Below, piece after piece: positions 62,897 through 64,000 of a stretch of 64,000 nucleotides of DNA; within the stretch, counting starts at the first letter, position 1, and each line of letters starts with the position of its first letter. This stretch comes from Octopus vulgaris (taxonomy: Eukaryota). Location of the stretch: contig OX597816.1 of NCBI GenBank assembly GCA_951406725.2, positions 79,484,001 to 79,548,000 on the forward strand. Direction: 5' to 3'. A program made the translations under genes and the position numbers. The notes beneath the pieces are model-generated. The model was not told the DNA's origin, ran no database searches, and saw nothing but the letters and a program-made list of their open reading frames with translations.

Positions 62897-64000
62897 TTCA
62901 TTCAATTACGTAAGAAATTTTCAAGTCAATTAAAAACATGCAAAAACGTATATTGTCAGTACATACTTCTTTCTTGGCTCAACGATAATTTTTAAATCTA
63001 CGTTTTGATATTGTAATCATGACTCAATAAATTTGTGTGAAACAAAATGCACATTTATTATATCTCGATTTTTATTTGGAACCCTATGAAAGTTTCCTCA
63101 ACATACTGTATGTAAAATGTAATATCTGATTTTGTAAATGAACTCTCTACAAACCCACATGCAGCATACACCTATTTTGCTTGAGCAGTTATGTTTGTTT
63201 TTCTACATAAACATTATACTATTTTATCATATACCCCTCTAAAAAGGAAATAAAATTTATGCATAGATATGTATTATCTGATGGCTCTAAGTGTATTCAT
63301 ACCTATTATCGCAATGTTGTTTCTGTAGTGATCTAAGTCTGTTGAGCTGTATCAGGATCTAGGTTTCTGCATCAGCAAAATATGCATTTTTTAAAAAGAA
63401 GTAAAAAAAAATCTGAAAATCGGCTATAATAATGTAGCCCTCCAGTCTCATTGCTTTGAAGTCATGATGTTGTGGAAAGAAAACTTGGGGAAAAAAGTTA
63501 CAGAGGTTTAAAAATCGAAAAAACTGGGTATTTTTAGTCAATAGCGAGACAGAAATCTTCTGCACTTAGCGGAGCGATGTCAACTTTAAGGTTGTACCCA
63601 GTACAATTTATAGTTTAGCGTCTGACCTGTTCATTGTAGGCTTCTTAAATAAATAGAAATACCAAATTTGAGTAATGTTTTCATGCTTGGATTTGTAAAC
63701 TATGGTAAGAATAACACTCGCCAACAAAGTATTTGTCCCAAAGAATACCTGTATCTTATATGTTATTGCAAGCAGAATTCAAAAATAATATCAGATTTTC
63801 TGTATCATCCATATCACTACTGGTACTTTAAACTCTTCGGCCTTGTCATTACTGGTACTCTAAACTCTTCGGTTGCATATTTGTGTGAGTAAAATCGTTT
63901 TTATTTTTTCGAATAAAAAAGTCTAACTTTATTTCTTCTTTTGCCGGTGTCTCAAATATAGATTAAATCAGTGTTTCTCAAAGGGTCGGACAAGATGTTT

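Overview
Eukaryotic, AT-rich, microsatellite- and transposon-dense DNA. The SINE and (TA)n landscape suggests an octopod cephalopod genome (inference, no search run). The host content is a tandem cluster of intron-containing cytosolic sulfotransferase (SULT)-fold genes on the + strand: the last exon of an older copy A (4549-4655) and two complete 5-exon, 301-codon copies, B (33617-45402) and C (54952-62896). In B and C both PAPS-binding motifs are degenerate (YPKSGTxW to YPAAGSHW; RKGxxGDW to HTGKVDTW) while frames and splice sites are intact. The last intron of copy A holds a roughly 90%-identical antisense copy of its own last exon, framed by a 135-bp inverted repeat. Mobile DNA includes a full-length CsRn1-clade Ty3/gypsy element (LTRs, 4-bp TSD, tRNA-Trp PBS, UUUAAAC gag-pol slip site), a full-length Tx1/L1-like LINE in a (CT)n tract nested in a Helitron, a Buster-type hAT with an 8-bp TSD, mariners, CR1- and RTE-type LINE fragments, Penelope-like remnants, stacked non-autonomous Helitrons and several SINE families. 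All comparisons were made by eye.
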